Part shown: piece after piece, positions 16,345-30,641 of the stretch
How positions within the stretch are numbered: the first letter of the stretch is position 1
Layout: the number at the start of each line of letters is the position of its first letter
From: the human T2T-CHM13v2.0 reference genome, Homo sapiens
Strand: one strand, 5' to 3'
Assembly (NCBI RefSeq): GCF_009914755.1
Contig: NC_060942.1
Length of the DNA: 64,000 bases
The notes under the pieces: generated by a model
What the model was told of the DNA's origin: nothing
Databases searched by the model: none
The model's input: the letters and a program-made list of their open reading frames with translations, nothing else
Translations under genes and position numbers: made by a program

Positions 16345-16895
16345 ATTAATAATAGCTATCAGTTATTAAGCACTTAGTGTATGTCAAACACTGTGTTAAA
16401 AATCTTTTAAAATAATATAGTTAATCTTCAGAGGAAAGCTATGAGATACAGATTATTATCTTCACCTCACACTTAAAGAAACTGAGGGAGCTGAGTGGGG
16501 TGGCTCACACCTGTAATCCCCACACTTTGGGAGCTCAAGACAGGCAGATCACTTGAGGCCAGGAATTCGGGACCAGCCTGGCCAACATGGAAAAAACTCC
16601 ATCTCTACTGAAAATACAAAAAATAGCCAGGGAGTGGTGGCACACACCTACACACCTGTAATCCCAGCTACTAGGTAGGCTGAGGCACGAGAATCACTTG
16701 AGCCCAGGAGGCAGATAGGCACATGTTGCAGTGAGCTGAGATCATATCACTGCACTCCAGCCTGGGTGACAGAGTGAGATTTTGTCAAAAAAGAAAGAAA
16801 GAAAGAAAGAAACTTTGGTTCACAATAAATAAACAACTTCCTTAGTTCACACAGATAGTGAATGGTGGAATTTTGTCTCAAATCCAGGTCATAAT
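16345..16895 (-). mobile_element. MIR split by an Alu
   Basis: MIR wording TTATTAAGCACTTAGTGTATGTCAAACACTG...AAAGAAACTGAGG resumes after the Alu (CACACAGATAGTGAATGGTGGAA...AAATCCAGGTC). Confidence 0.65.
16489..16812 (+). mobile_element. Alu (old AluJ/AluS) with (GAAA)n tail
   Basis: Diverged Alu dimer with small internal insertions. Confidence 0.93.
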
Positions 16896-17929
16896 CTGAA
16901 GTATTTTTTATTTGGAAGCCCCTGTGACTGACTGCCTTTAGGAAATCTAGTAGATACCTAGATACTACTAAATAATCTAACAGATAAAGATCAGCATATA
17001 AGCTAACTTGACAGTTACACTGAAATATGAAGCTTAACTAAGTTGGCAGATTTCACCATACTACCTTTTATGGTTGACAAACATTTTAAATAATATCTCA
17101 CAAAATGTTAATGCAATTATCTTCCATTTGTAATCAATCTCTTTCTTGGCTCTTTCTCTACATACTGCAGGAATAATTATCTTCAATTCAGAGCCAATCC
17201 AGACTGATGGAAGAAGTATGTAGCACAACCTCTATTATAACTTCCAATGGGTCTTGCAACAGAGTCATACTTGGGATCCAAAGCCAACCATGGATATTAT
17301 GTTCCTTCATTCCTTTGCACTCCTCTCCCATCAGACTTCTCCACTGTGAGCTAATGCCCAATCAGATATTGCAGGCAAGCCCCACAACTACACTCTGCTC
17401 CTGCTTTTAACACTCTTGATCTCATTGCTATCATCTTAATTTCTAATCCATGAGCCTCATGGTGCAATCCTGTGAATGGCTATCCTTGCTCTTTCTTGAC
17501 AGAGTAATCTTCCCACAGGATTGAATCTGTTGCATGTCTGCTCTTCCCGGGCAGATCTCCTGGAAAGATCTTCCTGAGAACTGTTGCAGGGTGAGCCTTC
17601 CTGACATAGGTGTTCTTCAAGGCATATTGTCTCTGCTATTGGAGACTGCTTGAATTACACCCAAGTTTGAAATATCTTTTGCAAATATCTTTTACATCTA
17701 TGGTCGCCAACAAAAAGATGCACATATCCCAGGGAACACGTAAGATCACGTGTTGAGGAGCTGCAAATAAATATTAGATTTTTCATATTTATAGGTTTTT
17801 TAATAAAAAAGGAAAATGGAAAAAAGGATACTTCCCTATTATTTAATATGTAGAGTGATGCTGGTATATATACATGGAGACAATGTGAAGTAACCTGGGG
17901 AAGAGAAGAAAAGAAGTTATACAACATGA

Positions 17930-18860
17930 AAGCCCTGATAGTCCTCTAACTCATTGATTCAAGTTATTGAGTGTACTGGCTTCATGGAATATACTGTTTT
18001 AAATGGTAGAATCCTTGTAACACTTTGTAAAGATATCAGAAGTAACATTGAAAACCTTTTGTACCACACAGCAGTTTGAAGATCCAATAGTGAAGTACTT
18101 TAAAAAGTCATTGAGCTTAAAGATGAGTTATATGCTTCTTTTTTTTTTTAATAAAAATACATTTGTTTCAATTTTATAGGTCTTTTATATGGTAACACTG
18201 TCAGCAGTATGTTGTCTACAGACATTTGAAGAAATAAAAATATATGTACCTAGTTACTTATTTAACTAAATGGGATAGATACCATTTTAACAATAATTGA
18301 GAAAAATAACTTCTTTTTCAAAAGAATCTAAGAATCTCATAGTATAAAGGAACATGTTTAAAATGTTACTATTATTACGCAGTTCTGTTTTCGAAATGAT
18401 AATTACTTCAACTCTGGTAAAAAGATTGCCATACATGGCCAATTAAAAAAAAGTGGAAACAGTATTTCTAACCTCTTATCTTCCAAATGAAAATTTCAGA
18501 AATGTCTTTTTAACCAATTTGCTAAAATTATTAAAATCTAACATCTTCCAGTTGGCAAGTAGTTTGCTAAAGCAACTGGTTGGCACTGGAGAAGATGGAA
18601 ATATTAGCTGAACTTCTACAGAACTCTTCACATCACTGGCAAATATGGTTGAAATATGTGTATCACGATGTATCCAATGAAACCTTTCACATTAGTTGTA
18701 TGTATCTTTTTGAAGTAACTTTTCAGCTCTAAAACCATTAGAAACTGGACTTGAAGTCAGTTTAATTTAGAACAAAAGTAGCTCTAGTTCTAATTTAGTT
18801 AATTAGTTAATTTAGAATTAAATGAGCTTTTAAAAAAATAAACTAATTTTAATTACAGTG
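17930..18860 (+). mobile_element. Fossil hAT (Charlie/Buster-type) transposase fragment
   Basis: 18002-18079 translates NGRILVTLCKDIRSNIENLLYHTAV*, resembling the Buster/Charlie motif NSRLF..LC..MGS....LL.HTEVRW. Downstream remnants KVIELKDELYA, QLVGTGEDGN and FEVTF(SAL) lie in broken frames. Confidence 0.65.
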
Positions 18861-18965
18861 CTTTCACTAAAAACTAATATTGATTATTTGATATTTTAAT
18901 GAGAACAGAAATACTTGCTATTGTTAATAAGTTAACTAAAAATAAAAAATAAATGTATCTTAATC

Positions 18966-19281
18966 TTTTTTTTTTTTTTTTTTAGATGGAGTGTCACTGT
19001 TGCCCAGGCTGGAGTGCTGGATGGAGGGCAGTGGCGTGATCCCGGCTCACTGCAACCTCTCTCTGCCTTCCAGGTTCAAGCGATTCTCCTGCCTCAGCCT
19101 CCTGAGTAGCTGTGATTACAGGCATGCGCCACCACACCCAGCTAATTTTGTATTTTTAGTAGAGACAGGGTTTCACCATGTTAGCCAGGCTGATCTCGAA
19201 CTCCTGACCTCAGGTGACCCACCCGCCTCGGCCTCCCAAAGTGCTGGGATTTCAGGCGTGAGCCAACACACCCACACCCAG
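18966..19281 (-). mobile_element. Alu (AluSx-like)
   Basis: Poly-T followed by an antisense Alu body with a small internal duplication near 19010-19030. Confidence 0.95.
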
Positions 19282-21218
19282 AATCTTAGTTAATCTTTAG
19301 AACTTTATAATTTGTATTTTATTTATGTTTGATAATATATAAATTTGCTACTGTACTAATATAGTACACAGTTGTATAGTAGTAGCACATGTCTTGATAT
19401 ATCTTTTATATATCATTTTAGCTCTTTGGGTTATATGCTTAGAAAAGTAAGTTGCAAGAACACTGCCTCTGATGTTACAGCTGCCTTCTAAATCCTCTCT
19501 GAGGCTAACTACACCCTCGAACTCCATGCCACAGTGAAATGGGGACAATAAAAGAGCTCTTCACACAAACTTGCAAACTTATAGCTAAAGCTATTTACAC
19601 ACAAATACATAAATACATACAGAACGAGTGCTAAATTAACAATACATCACCAATAATTATTGAATCTAGGTGGAAAATATATGTGTTTATTCCTTAGCTT
19701 TTAGTTTTGTTTAAATATTTTTAGGGTGAAAAGCTTGAAGAATAAAACTCTTTATCCGTATATCTAGTATAACAACTAACTTTATTAATATATTTCCTAA
19801 ATATTCTTCTATTCAAAAGTAATTATTGGGCTGCTGTTATATAAAGACGTTCATTTGAAAGGATTTTTTTGATATATGCCTTAATTTCCCATTTCTGTCT
19901 GTTCATATATATACAGTTCCTAGTTTCAATGAAAGAGAGAGTGGGATCTTCACTGAGTAAGAAGTGCCAAAGTATTTTTTTCTATAAAGCAGCTTTAATA
20001 TATCAACTATTCTAACACAGGATTTATTCTTGGCAGAATGTATTCTATAGCTGCTATTTATATTCATTCTATTGTAATCTTTTCCTAGTCAATTTTTAAC
20101 GAGGAGGCCAGATTAAAAAAATAAAACTCAAGAGGTTTGATTCCTTAAACAAACAAAAAAAAGGTGCTGAATATTCTTCATGGGAACCACCCAGAAGACA
20201 AAAATGTACACAGATTTCCAAAACACCCTTCCAAATCTTCAATGTCATTAAAATTGAATGTCACAGGGTTTCCCCTTTCTGTATATGTACAAACTGGGAA
20301 CTAAAACTAGTTCCAGTAAGGAGGTTTCTACACATATATGAAAGGATTTTGATGACATTATAATAACCAACAGAGTGGAGCTGGAGCAGTTTGTGATGAT
20401 TTTGAAATCTCAAGACATTTAATTTCTGTTATAAAATATTAATAAAACATCTGGCATGCTAACAAAATTATAAAGAAGTACATCACACAGGAGAGAGATT
20501 TGGTGGCATCGATCTGAACTCCAAACTGAGGTTTTTGAACTCAATTATGCATGTGCCTACTATTACATTTGTGTTAATTGTGTACTTAATGAAGAAAGGC
20601 AACATTTTCAGAGACAGACATAGTCATAACCTCTTCATATTCAATGTATTTCAAAAGTGTTGGGGCAGGACAGAGTCTGAGCTGGTGCTGTTTTTACATG
20701 CCTATAAGTAGAAATGACTTATTTTGTAAAATGAATGTGGATAGGTTTTTGTTGTTTTGCCATTAGGAGTTTGTGGTTCAACATTCTTTATTGCCGCAGG
20801 AATTTCAAGGCGTAGTATTTCTTATTAGGAGGAAAAGAAAGAAAAAGATGGCTGAGGATGATCATAAGTACTGTTATTCACTGAGGGGTGGATAGCATAG
20901 TAGCATAAGTTGCTGTAGTCACAAAGTTTAGGACAAGAGGCCAACTCCTAATTGTTAGGAGCCATAAGATAGCTGAAATAATATCTGATATAGCTATGCA
21001 TGTATACTAGAATTGAACAATTCAAGTAAATAGATGACAGATGGTGGGAACCAAGCTTCTCATTGTTGTAGTGGGAGGTCATAAATAAGTAAGAAGAGAA
21101 TGATAGAATGATCCATGTGGAAATGAATTAAGAGTTGGAGACATAAATATGAACTCATGTTTGCCTTAATATAGATATAGATTACTGCATCCAAAAATGT
21201 TTACAGAGATCTGGATAT

Positions 21219-22457
21219 AAGTCATGTACTGCATAATAGTGTTTTGGTCAATGACAGACTGCATATATTATAATATGGGTGGTCCCATAAGATCATAATG
21301 GAGCTGAAAAATTTCCATTGCCCAGTGACATTATTGCTGTTATAACATCGAAGAGCAGTGAATTACTCATGTGTTTTGGTGCTGCTGGTATAAACAAAGC
21401 TACTACACTGCCAGTTGTATAAAAGTATATCGCACATATAATTATGTACAGTATATAATACTTGATAATACCAATAAATGACTGTGTTACTGGTTTATGT
21501 ATTTACTATGTTATACTTATTACTGGTATTTTATAGTGCACTCATACTTATTTTTGAAAGTTAACTGTAAAACAGGCTCAGGCATGTCCTTCAGGGAGTA
21601 TCCAGAAGAAGGCATTGCTGTCATAGGAGATGACAGATCTATGCATGTTATTGCCCCTGAAGACTCCCAGTGAAACAAGTTGTGCAGGTGGAAGACATTG
21701 ATATTGATGATCCTGACCCCGTGTAGGCCTAGGCTAATGCGTGTGTTTCAGTATTAGTTTTTAATAAAAAGTTTAAAATGTAAAAAATAAAAATAAAAAA
21801 TTTTAAATAGAAAAGAGCTTATAGAATAAGGATATAAATAAATATTTTTGTACAGCTGTACAACGTGTTTGTGTTTTAAGCTAAAGTTTATTACAAAATA
21901 ATCAAAAAGTTTTAAAAAATTAAAAAGTTTATAAAGTAAAAACATAACAGTGAGCTAAGGTTAACTTATTGTTGAATAAAAAATATTTTTAATTAATTTA
22001 GTGTAGTCTAAGGGTACAGTGTTTATAAAGTCTACTACAGTAGTATATATACAGTAATGTCCTCAGCCTTCATATTCACTCACTTTTCACTCACTGACTC
22101 ACACAGAACAATTTCCAGTCCTGCAAGCTCCATTCATGGTAAGTTCCCTACACTACTGTATCTTTTGTAGTCTTTTATATCATATTATTACTGTAACTTT
22201 TCTATGTCTGGATATGTTAAGATACATAAATGCTTACCATTGTGTTACAAATTCCTATAGGAAATAGTACAGTAACATGCTGTACAGGTTTACATACTAT
22301 ATAAACATACTATATAGTGTACTATATAGCATAGGTATGTAGTAGACTATACAATCTAGGTTTGTGTAAGTGCACTCTATGATGTTCACACAATGAGAAA
22401 ATTGCTTAATGACACATTCCTCAGAATGTATCCCTGTCATTAAGTGACTCATGACTG
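21219..22457 (+). mobile_element. Tigger3b (TcMar-Tigger/GOLEM non-autonomous DNA transposon), near full length
   Basis: Terminal inverted ends AGTCATG...CATGACTG flanked by TA. Internal GGTGGTCCCATAAGATCATAATGGAGCTGAAAAATT and CCAGAAGAAGGCATTG...GATGATCCTGACCCCGTGTAGGCCTAGGCTAATG match Tigger3b as I recall it. Confidence 0.85.
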
Positions 22458-22808
22458 TATATCAGTTAGTATACATGCATGTATTTTTTTGAACTCTCAG
22501 CTGAGAGGAGCTAAAAATAACACTTCAGTAGCAACAAGTGCACCTCGCACTGCAAGCTTGGTTTCTAACACTCTTCTCCAATAAAAGAACCAGGACTCCT
22601 CAGGAAATGAGGATCCTAGGACTAGGACAGGCAATTTACAAGATTCACTGGAGCATCTTCTAAGTGCCAGCAAATAAGGAAGTGCTCAAAAAAATAGTGA
22701 TGGGTGTATGTGAAAAGGACACAGGAACCATCTGAAAGAATTCTGAATCACCAAACCTGGAACATTTTGTGCACCAAAATAAATAAAGGTGTATTAGAAA
22801 ATAACTCA

Positions 22809-23134
<326 letters not shown>

Positions 23135-24326
23135 TCAATTACCTCACTGTGATATTAGTAATAAATAAAGGATATTAATACTGAATAAATGGAAAAATAA
23201 ACAAATTTCGTATGCAGAAGAATAAAAATAATTTATGTAGACACTTCACTCCTTCTTAAATGTAACCACACATAGTGACTTCCTTCCAAAATGTACAGCA
23301 TGAAAAGGAAAGTGGGTACAACAACTTTACTACAGAGAATCCTGACAAACACTACTTCAGCAATGTAGCCAAGGTCAACATCAAAAGTAATAAACCATAT
23401 TGATAGTATGTACCCTTGATATGCTGTGATTAAAATGACACTTAAGCTTTCTGGCCTTCCCTTAAAAACAGTAACCTCATTCTACTTACGAGAAAAACAT
23501 CAGACCAATTCCAATAGAGGGGCATCCTATCACAGATCTGAAAATATACCTGACCAGTAGTCCTCAAAACTGTTAAGGTCATCAAAACCAAGAAAAGTTT
23601 GAGAAACTTTTACAGCCAAAATGAATCAAAGGAGATATAATATGATAACTATATGAATATGGTACCCTTATGGGACCCTGAAACAAAAAGAACATTAGGT
23701 AAAAAATCATGGAAGCATGAATAAAGTATGGGCTTTAGTTTATAACAATATGAAGTAGATATTGATAATATAAATTAATCAACTGTGACAAACAAACCAT
23801 AATAGTATAATATGGGACTCTTGACTGATGTATAGGAAAACACTCTGTATACTTTTGTAATTTTTCTATAAATCTAAAACGGTTCTAGAATACAAAGTTT
23901 ATTTCTAAAATGATTATATAAAAGTTTTTAAGGAAATCAAGTACATGTTGAGCATGCTTTACTAAATAAACATATACACATAAAAAGATAAGAAAATAAG
24001 AAATGTTCTTTACAAATATACGTGAATAAAATATGTCAATAACTGACTCAGAATCTCTTTGTGGCAAATATATTTCAACAGAATCCGAGATATAATAATA
24101 TGTATCCTTGTTTTCACCTTTTAAGAAAATAAAGAAATATTTTATAGTAGAAAATTGTATTCTGTTGTGTAAAGGTGTAGTTTCTCAGAATAGGTGCAAG
24201 TAACAAACTTTGACTTGCATCACATCAAGTTTTATCTCAGCTCTGTCATTTGCAAGTTGTATGACCTTCTGCAATTTACTTATCTGCAGCTTAGCTTCCT
24301 CCTCCCTAAAACAGGAATCATAATAG

Positions 24327-24716
24327 TGTTGCAGAATTTTGCTCCTCAGTTCAGCTAAAACTGGGTTTTTGTCACATAATCGGAAAATTTAGGCACACAG
24401 ACACATTGAAGGGTGAATGGAGCAGAATTTTACTGGGCAAAAAGGGGAAAAAAGAAAAAAACTCAGCAAAGTGAGATGGAGTACAGGTCCTCCACCTCAC
24501 AGATAGATTCCAGGCCACAACACAGGAACTGAAGAGGCCAGGCTCCTCCCCAAGCCTATGGCTCCACCTTTTCCCCCAGCGTGCATGTGGCATGCTCAGA
24601 CAAGTCCCTGGGCAGTTCCCTCATCTGTACAAAAGCATCTGATGTAAACACTTGTGGGGTGGGTCAGAGATTCTCCAGGAATCTCTTTTTATCTGCCTAG
24701 GCATTTGGCTGTCTCA
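24327..24716 (-). mobile_element. 3' LTR (MER61-like)
   Basis: TGTTGCAGAATTTTGCTCCTCAGTTCAGCTAAAA...CATTTGGCTGTCTCA. Adjacent TTCTCTGCTT is the minus-strand purine tract. Confidence 0.88.
24588..24607. promoter_or_regulatory. p53 response element in 3' LTR
   Basis: TGGCATGCTC AGACAAGTCC: 19/20 to RRRCWWGYYY x2, no spacer. Confidence 0.65.
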
Positions 24717-24754
24717 TTCTCTGCTTGAAAGATGTACATCTAACTGCCATTAGA

Positions 24755-24830
24755 ATAAGGATAAGGATAAGGATAAGGATAAGGATAAGGATAAGGATAA
24801 GGATAAGGATAAGGATAAGGATAAGGATAA
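24755..24830. repeat. Perfect hexanucleotide microsatellite (ATAAGG)12.7
   Basis: Directly visible and uninterrupted. Confidence 0.99.
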
Positions 24831-27653
24831 AGACTGATCTTAACAGCTCCCTGCCAACAGGGGGTTCTGTTTTTGGAAAACGGGAGTTAGAGCTCCCTGA
24901 GAGGCCTATCTAAGGGTCCCCAGCAGAAGGGGCTATCGTCTGAGGCTCCGGTTGCATGACTGTTTGGAGTTTGATGGCCTGAATGTGACAAGAGACAAAC
25001 TGGGTTATTAGAAAACAAGTATCAAAAATAAATGTGGGGTAAGTACAGCTGAAAAATCCTGATGCCTTTTTACCAGTTTGCACAGGGAAATGGAGGCCAA
25101 AAGCATAACTGGTAGAAACAAAACAAAACAAAACCATTTACCCTTTTGCTGTCATGTCAGGCTTCTGGGTTCCATTCTCCTGAGCCCAATCCTAAGCCAA
25201 CCAGTGTAAGGTTTGGGAAATTAACTCTTCCCAATTTGGAGGATGCATCTGAGGGAAGTTTCCCATAGTACAGAGACACAATTACTTATTAGTGAAGAGG
25301 GGACAGAGGAATAAAAAGGAAAAAAGAAGGCATTTTTTTCAGAGGAGTCTCAGGGGTTCAGGATACATTTGAAAGTGGTACAGACTGAAGATGAATGGCT
25401 ATTTATCTAGGAAGTGGGGAGCAGGCATCTCTGGTTTCTTTCTCTTCCTAGCAAATACCCAGGGTACTTGAGGGAGAGAAAACTAGGTAATCTTCTTCCT
25501 TTCCTACATCCTTGTATTCCCGAGTCCTGGCAACCACAACAGAGTGCCACCCAGGGTGTCAAAGCAGATTTCACCCATGTTAACAGGAGGTACAAGGGTG
25601 AGAATATCTGCTCTTACCCACATACACCCCACCTCCCCTGCTGTCAGTAGCCTTTGAATTCCCTAGACCTCATTTATGCCATGGATACTAGCATGATCTT
25701 TATCCATGAAACACAAAGCTTGGCTTAATCGGCAGGAATTAGTCATGCTCACCTGCTCTATGCCTTTTAACTTCCATTATCATCTGCCTCTGGATCCCTC
25801 AGATCTACTTCTCTTTCCTAGGGCTTTCACCTGAAGCTTGGAATTGAGTTTGGGCCAAAAATGTGTTTTGGGGGTGTTGTATGGACTCCTTCTCATAAGC
25901 CAAATGCTAAGGTGAAGCTGTGGAATTGAGTCCTCCCCCAACAAGGGAGAGAAAAGGATCTCTTGTGACGTGCCCAGATATCTGGTGGCTATAGTCATGT
26001 TGTTAAGATTTGCATGCGTGGAGCTTGACTTTGGTTAGCTCCCTTGGTCTTACTTTCCCAAAAAGGAAACCTCCAGGTAATGTGCACCCTATTTATATCC
26101 ATAAACTGGCAAGATTTGCAGGATAGTTGCTCAGAACTAGAATATTGATCCAGATTTTTACATTAACAATCCCTCTTGTTCCTTTTGAGCTGCAGCTGCA
26201 AATTGCTGGTTGGTTTACAGGAATAAGCACAGTTGGTTTAAAATGTAGGCAAAAATTTAAAAAACAACTGAGTCTAGAATTTAATGACAAATGTATGATA
26301 TGTTGTGCAACATAATTTGTCTCTCTCTAGTCCTCATTTCTGTTAAAAACAGATCATGATAGGACTGTGTTGTTTTGCAAAATATACTTTAGTCTTACAC
26401 TTGGCCTTTTTATTTATACAATGTGCAGCAAGAATAATTATTTCTATGTAGGTCTTTTAGATTGACTTTGTTCTGTTCCACAAGGAATCTTAGATAAGAC
26501 CTTTTAAAGCCTAGCCCAGCCATGGGTTTGTATCTGCAAATACCTGTAAGTTGTGTAAACTCCTCTCTTTTTGAGGTTCCAAGAGCATGTGGTTCCTGGG
26601 CCTGTTGAAAAGTGACAATCTTTACCCACAGCAAGTTAGGAACCCTGTACAGGGACTGTGTAAACAAGGGTAGGAGGCCAGTTTTTCCAACAGGCTCTTA
26701 TCGGCTCTGAAAGTTGAGCTTGTCTCCTTAAAGGGAAATATACTCTTCCAGTCAAAGCCTTGGTAAAACAACCAGTTTCTCCAAATGTGCCCTGTTACAA
26801 AAGAGAATGCATTCTTATTACACTGAGGCAAACAACTATATTGCCATAAGTTAAAAATACTCACAGATAGTTGTCACATTCTAGAGGAACCAGGCAGAGA
26901 GAAACAAACATGCTCCAAATTTTGTTTAGACAGGAGTATAGCTTTATTAATTATTAAAGGCTGTAAATAGCCCAAAATAAGTTTCCTTGACTTACTGAAA
27001 AACAAAACAAGGATCAGCAATATTCCAAGCAAAAGTAAAAAAGATTAATTCAGTTTTCTATTAGTTCAGTCCACTCAGTTAATTTTTATTTTGCTTGATA
27101 TTTGTGAACATTTCAGCTCTTCATGAGTTGAGTCCTGTACATTTTTCCTTTATTCTAGTGTTACAATCTCCAAAATTATCAGAAATCTGCATTTGAGAGC
27201 ATCTGTCAAAGTTCTATAGTTGATTATAAACCATGCTTTGAAGAGGATCAAAACAAGACAATTATCTGTGAAGCACAAAATGTCCAGGATGGTTATAGTC
27301 AGAATCACAATTGGCACATAAATTTGTTTATCTCTATGGTACACAATAACATAACAACCTTGTGATTGATAGCATATACTCAGACATTAGAATTTTAGAA
27401 ATGTCATTAAATTTTGGAACATATATTAGTATTATTCACCCAAATGTAACCTAAATAAGATTGAACACCATTTTGGCAATCTCATGTAACTAAACATGTC
27501 AAATACTCCTGTCTACCTCTCTTTTGGAAACTCCAGGGGTGCTCTGTAGCATCCAAAAGCCAGGCATTAGGAAAGACAATTTTGAAACTGAAGGTTGATA
27601 TTGAGAAGTCTATTAAATATGTTAGAGGTTTGACACTTGATGCTATGAAATAG

Positions 27654-28106
<453 letters not shown>

Positions 28107-29557
28107 TCAATGCTCAATTTACAGAAAACCCATATTATACCCTTTGAATGTAGTCAATATATCCACACACAGAATTTTTGCAAGATTGATTTTTACAGTC
28201 CTTCCATCACTTGTTTAAACCTTCAGCTTTATCTTATCTAATTCAAAACAATCCTTCAACCAACTCTAGGCAAGAATTTACATCTCCCCGCCTTCTTATA
28301 ACCTTTTACTAAATATACATCTTATTGTTCTTACACACTTCATATGTAAATCTATTTCCAGTACTCTCAATTACATGTTATATTGGTAACTCCTAGCAAT
28401 TTTTAACTTTAATGTAAAACCTGGTAAGTTGTTTTAATTATGTATAAGGTGCAGCCAAAGTTTGACTCCTTCTAGAACAATTAAGGGCGTGGTTAATTCC
28501 ATATGTCCCAGGCCTTACCAATTGTTAAGCAGGCAAGTCAAACAGTTCTCAAAAACCAAAAAAAGCAGTTTCTAACCTTAAACAATTTATCAAACCTAGT
28601 AACTGACCTACATAATTTAGTCTACCTATTTACATTTTGGTGACATCTGCATTTTACCAATAATCTTTAAGGTTGTTTTTATTTTTCAAAGATTAAAGTA
28701 ACAGGAACTGAAAGGTACCACAGCTTTTATCTTCCCTTTAAAAACATTCGATCCAAGCACTTGTCTTCCTTTAGGCCAATTAACTAGAGTTCTTTTTATA
28801 GACATCACACACACAACACATATATAACTACACAAACAGGCAGGAAAAAACCGGTAGCCATAAGATTTTTCATTTGCCGATCTCCTGATTGAATTGTTGG
28901 CTTCTCATGCATGCATTAAGAGTGGCAAGACAAAATGGAGAAAAAGAATTCAGTTGACTGAGAAAAAACCCTTTTGCCAGCAAAACAAGATTCAAGAAAA
29001 TAAAATATAAAGGCCTTTTAAATATACCTGTAACTTGGATATCCACTTTTAATTAGGCTGCATGCTCTTTAAGAAAATCCTTTTAAATCCCTTGTTACTT
29101 GACCTTAGCTGCACCAAGTGGACAATATTTCTGGCTTTACCAAAGGTGACCCCCAGGTGCTCGGAGAAATGAAAATACAAGGTGGTTCACGGAGGGGAAG
29201 AGAATAAACAGCAAAAGTTATGCAGATATCAAACCAGAAAGGACTCATTCCCTAAGCCAAGATTGAACTTGGCCGCCATTGTAAAACAATGGAGGCTAAA
29301 CAAAACATGGCCACGTGGTTACGGGTCACATTCCCAAGAACATAAAACTAGATGGAAGCCTGCAGCAAAGTTTCCTACTGACCATACAGAAAGTCACGCA
29401 AAGCACATCAGATTGGCTACAGCTTAAGACCAACCTCACAAATCCGTTTTCATAATTAAAACTTTACAGAGGATACAAACAGTGATTCTTATCTTACCTA
29501 GCCTAGTAAAACATCTTCTAAAAAGAAAAAAAACCTCTCTCTTAAAAGTTAACTCCT

Positions 29558-29888
<331 letters not shown>

Positions 29889-30207
29889 TTAACTCCTGAC
29901 CTGATGTAAGAAAAAAGAAAAGCTTAAAGTGCAGGACTGTGCTAACTTCTTTCAGGGTTAGAGGAAAGGTAGAAAAAAGTTTAAAGTGCAGTGTTGAGCC
30001 TGGGGGCAATATCTCTTATTCTTGTACAAATGGGTTCCTAACCCCAGCTGGGAGGCGGGTGGGGGAGCCGCTGGTGCCTGCAGTCATTGGGGTGGGGTGG
30101 GGTGGTGCACAGTTTCTTCTACCCTCAGAAGAAGTCAGAGGACAAAAAGGCTCAAAAGCAAAAAAGCAAAAGATATTTTGGTTCACACCTTATTCACCCT
30201 TTCTCAA

Positions 30208-30225
30208 GCCCCACATTGGGTGCCA
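30208..30225 (-). other. Retroviral primer-binding site, tRNA-Lys(CUU) type
   Basis: Minus strand TGGCACCCAATGTGGGGC vs PBS-Lys1,2 TGGCGCCCAACGTGGGGC: 16/18, both differences CpG transitions. Lies 3 nt from the LTR end. Confidence 0.85.
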
Positions 30226-30228
30226 AAA

Positions 30229-30641
30229 TGTTGCAAAATTTTGCTCCTTAGTTCAGCTAAAATCAGGTTCTTGTCACATGACCAGTAAATGTAGACACAT
30301 AGACACATCGAAGGGTGAGTAGAACAGGATTTTACTGGGCAAAAAAAAGCAAAAAATAATAATACCTCAGCAAAGCAAGATGGAATCCTGCTGCTAGGTC
30401 CCCCACCTCACAGATTTATTCCAGGCCACCACACAGGAACTAAAGAGGCCAGGCTCCTCTCTCAGCTTGTGGCTCCACCCCAATGGGTGCACTCCACCCC
30501 AGTGCACATGTGGGCATGCTCAGACAAGGCCCTCGGCAGGTTCCCTCATGTACACAAAAGCACCTGATGTTAACACATGCAGTGTGGGTTGGAGATTCTC
30601 TGGGGACCCCTTTTTATCTGCCAAGGCATTTGGCTGTCTCA
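30229..30641 (-). mobile_element. 5' LTR (MER61-like)
   Basis: TGTTGCAAAATTTTGCTCCTTAGTTCAGCTAAAA...CATTTGGCTGTCTCA, homologous to 24327-24716. Confidence 0.88.
30512..30531. promoter_or_regulatory. p53 response element in 5' LTR
   Basis: GGGCATGCTC AGACAAGGCC: 19/20 to RRRCWWGYYY x2, no spacer. Confidence 0.65.

Noticed and set aside
24725-24913. ORF with (IR)n dipeptide repeat
   Set aside because: Simply the translation of the ATAAGG microsatellite, with a TTG start inside an ERV.
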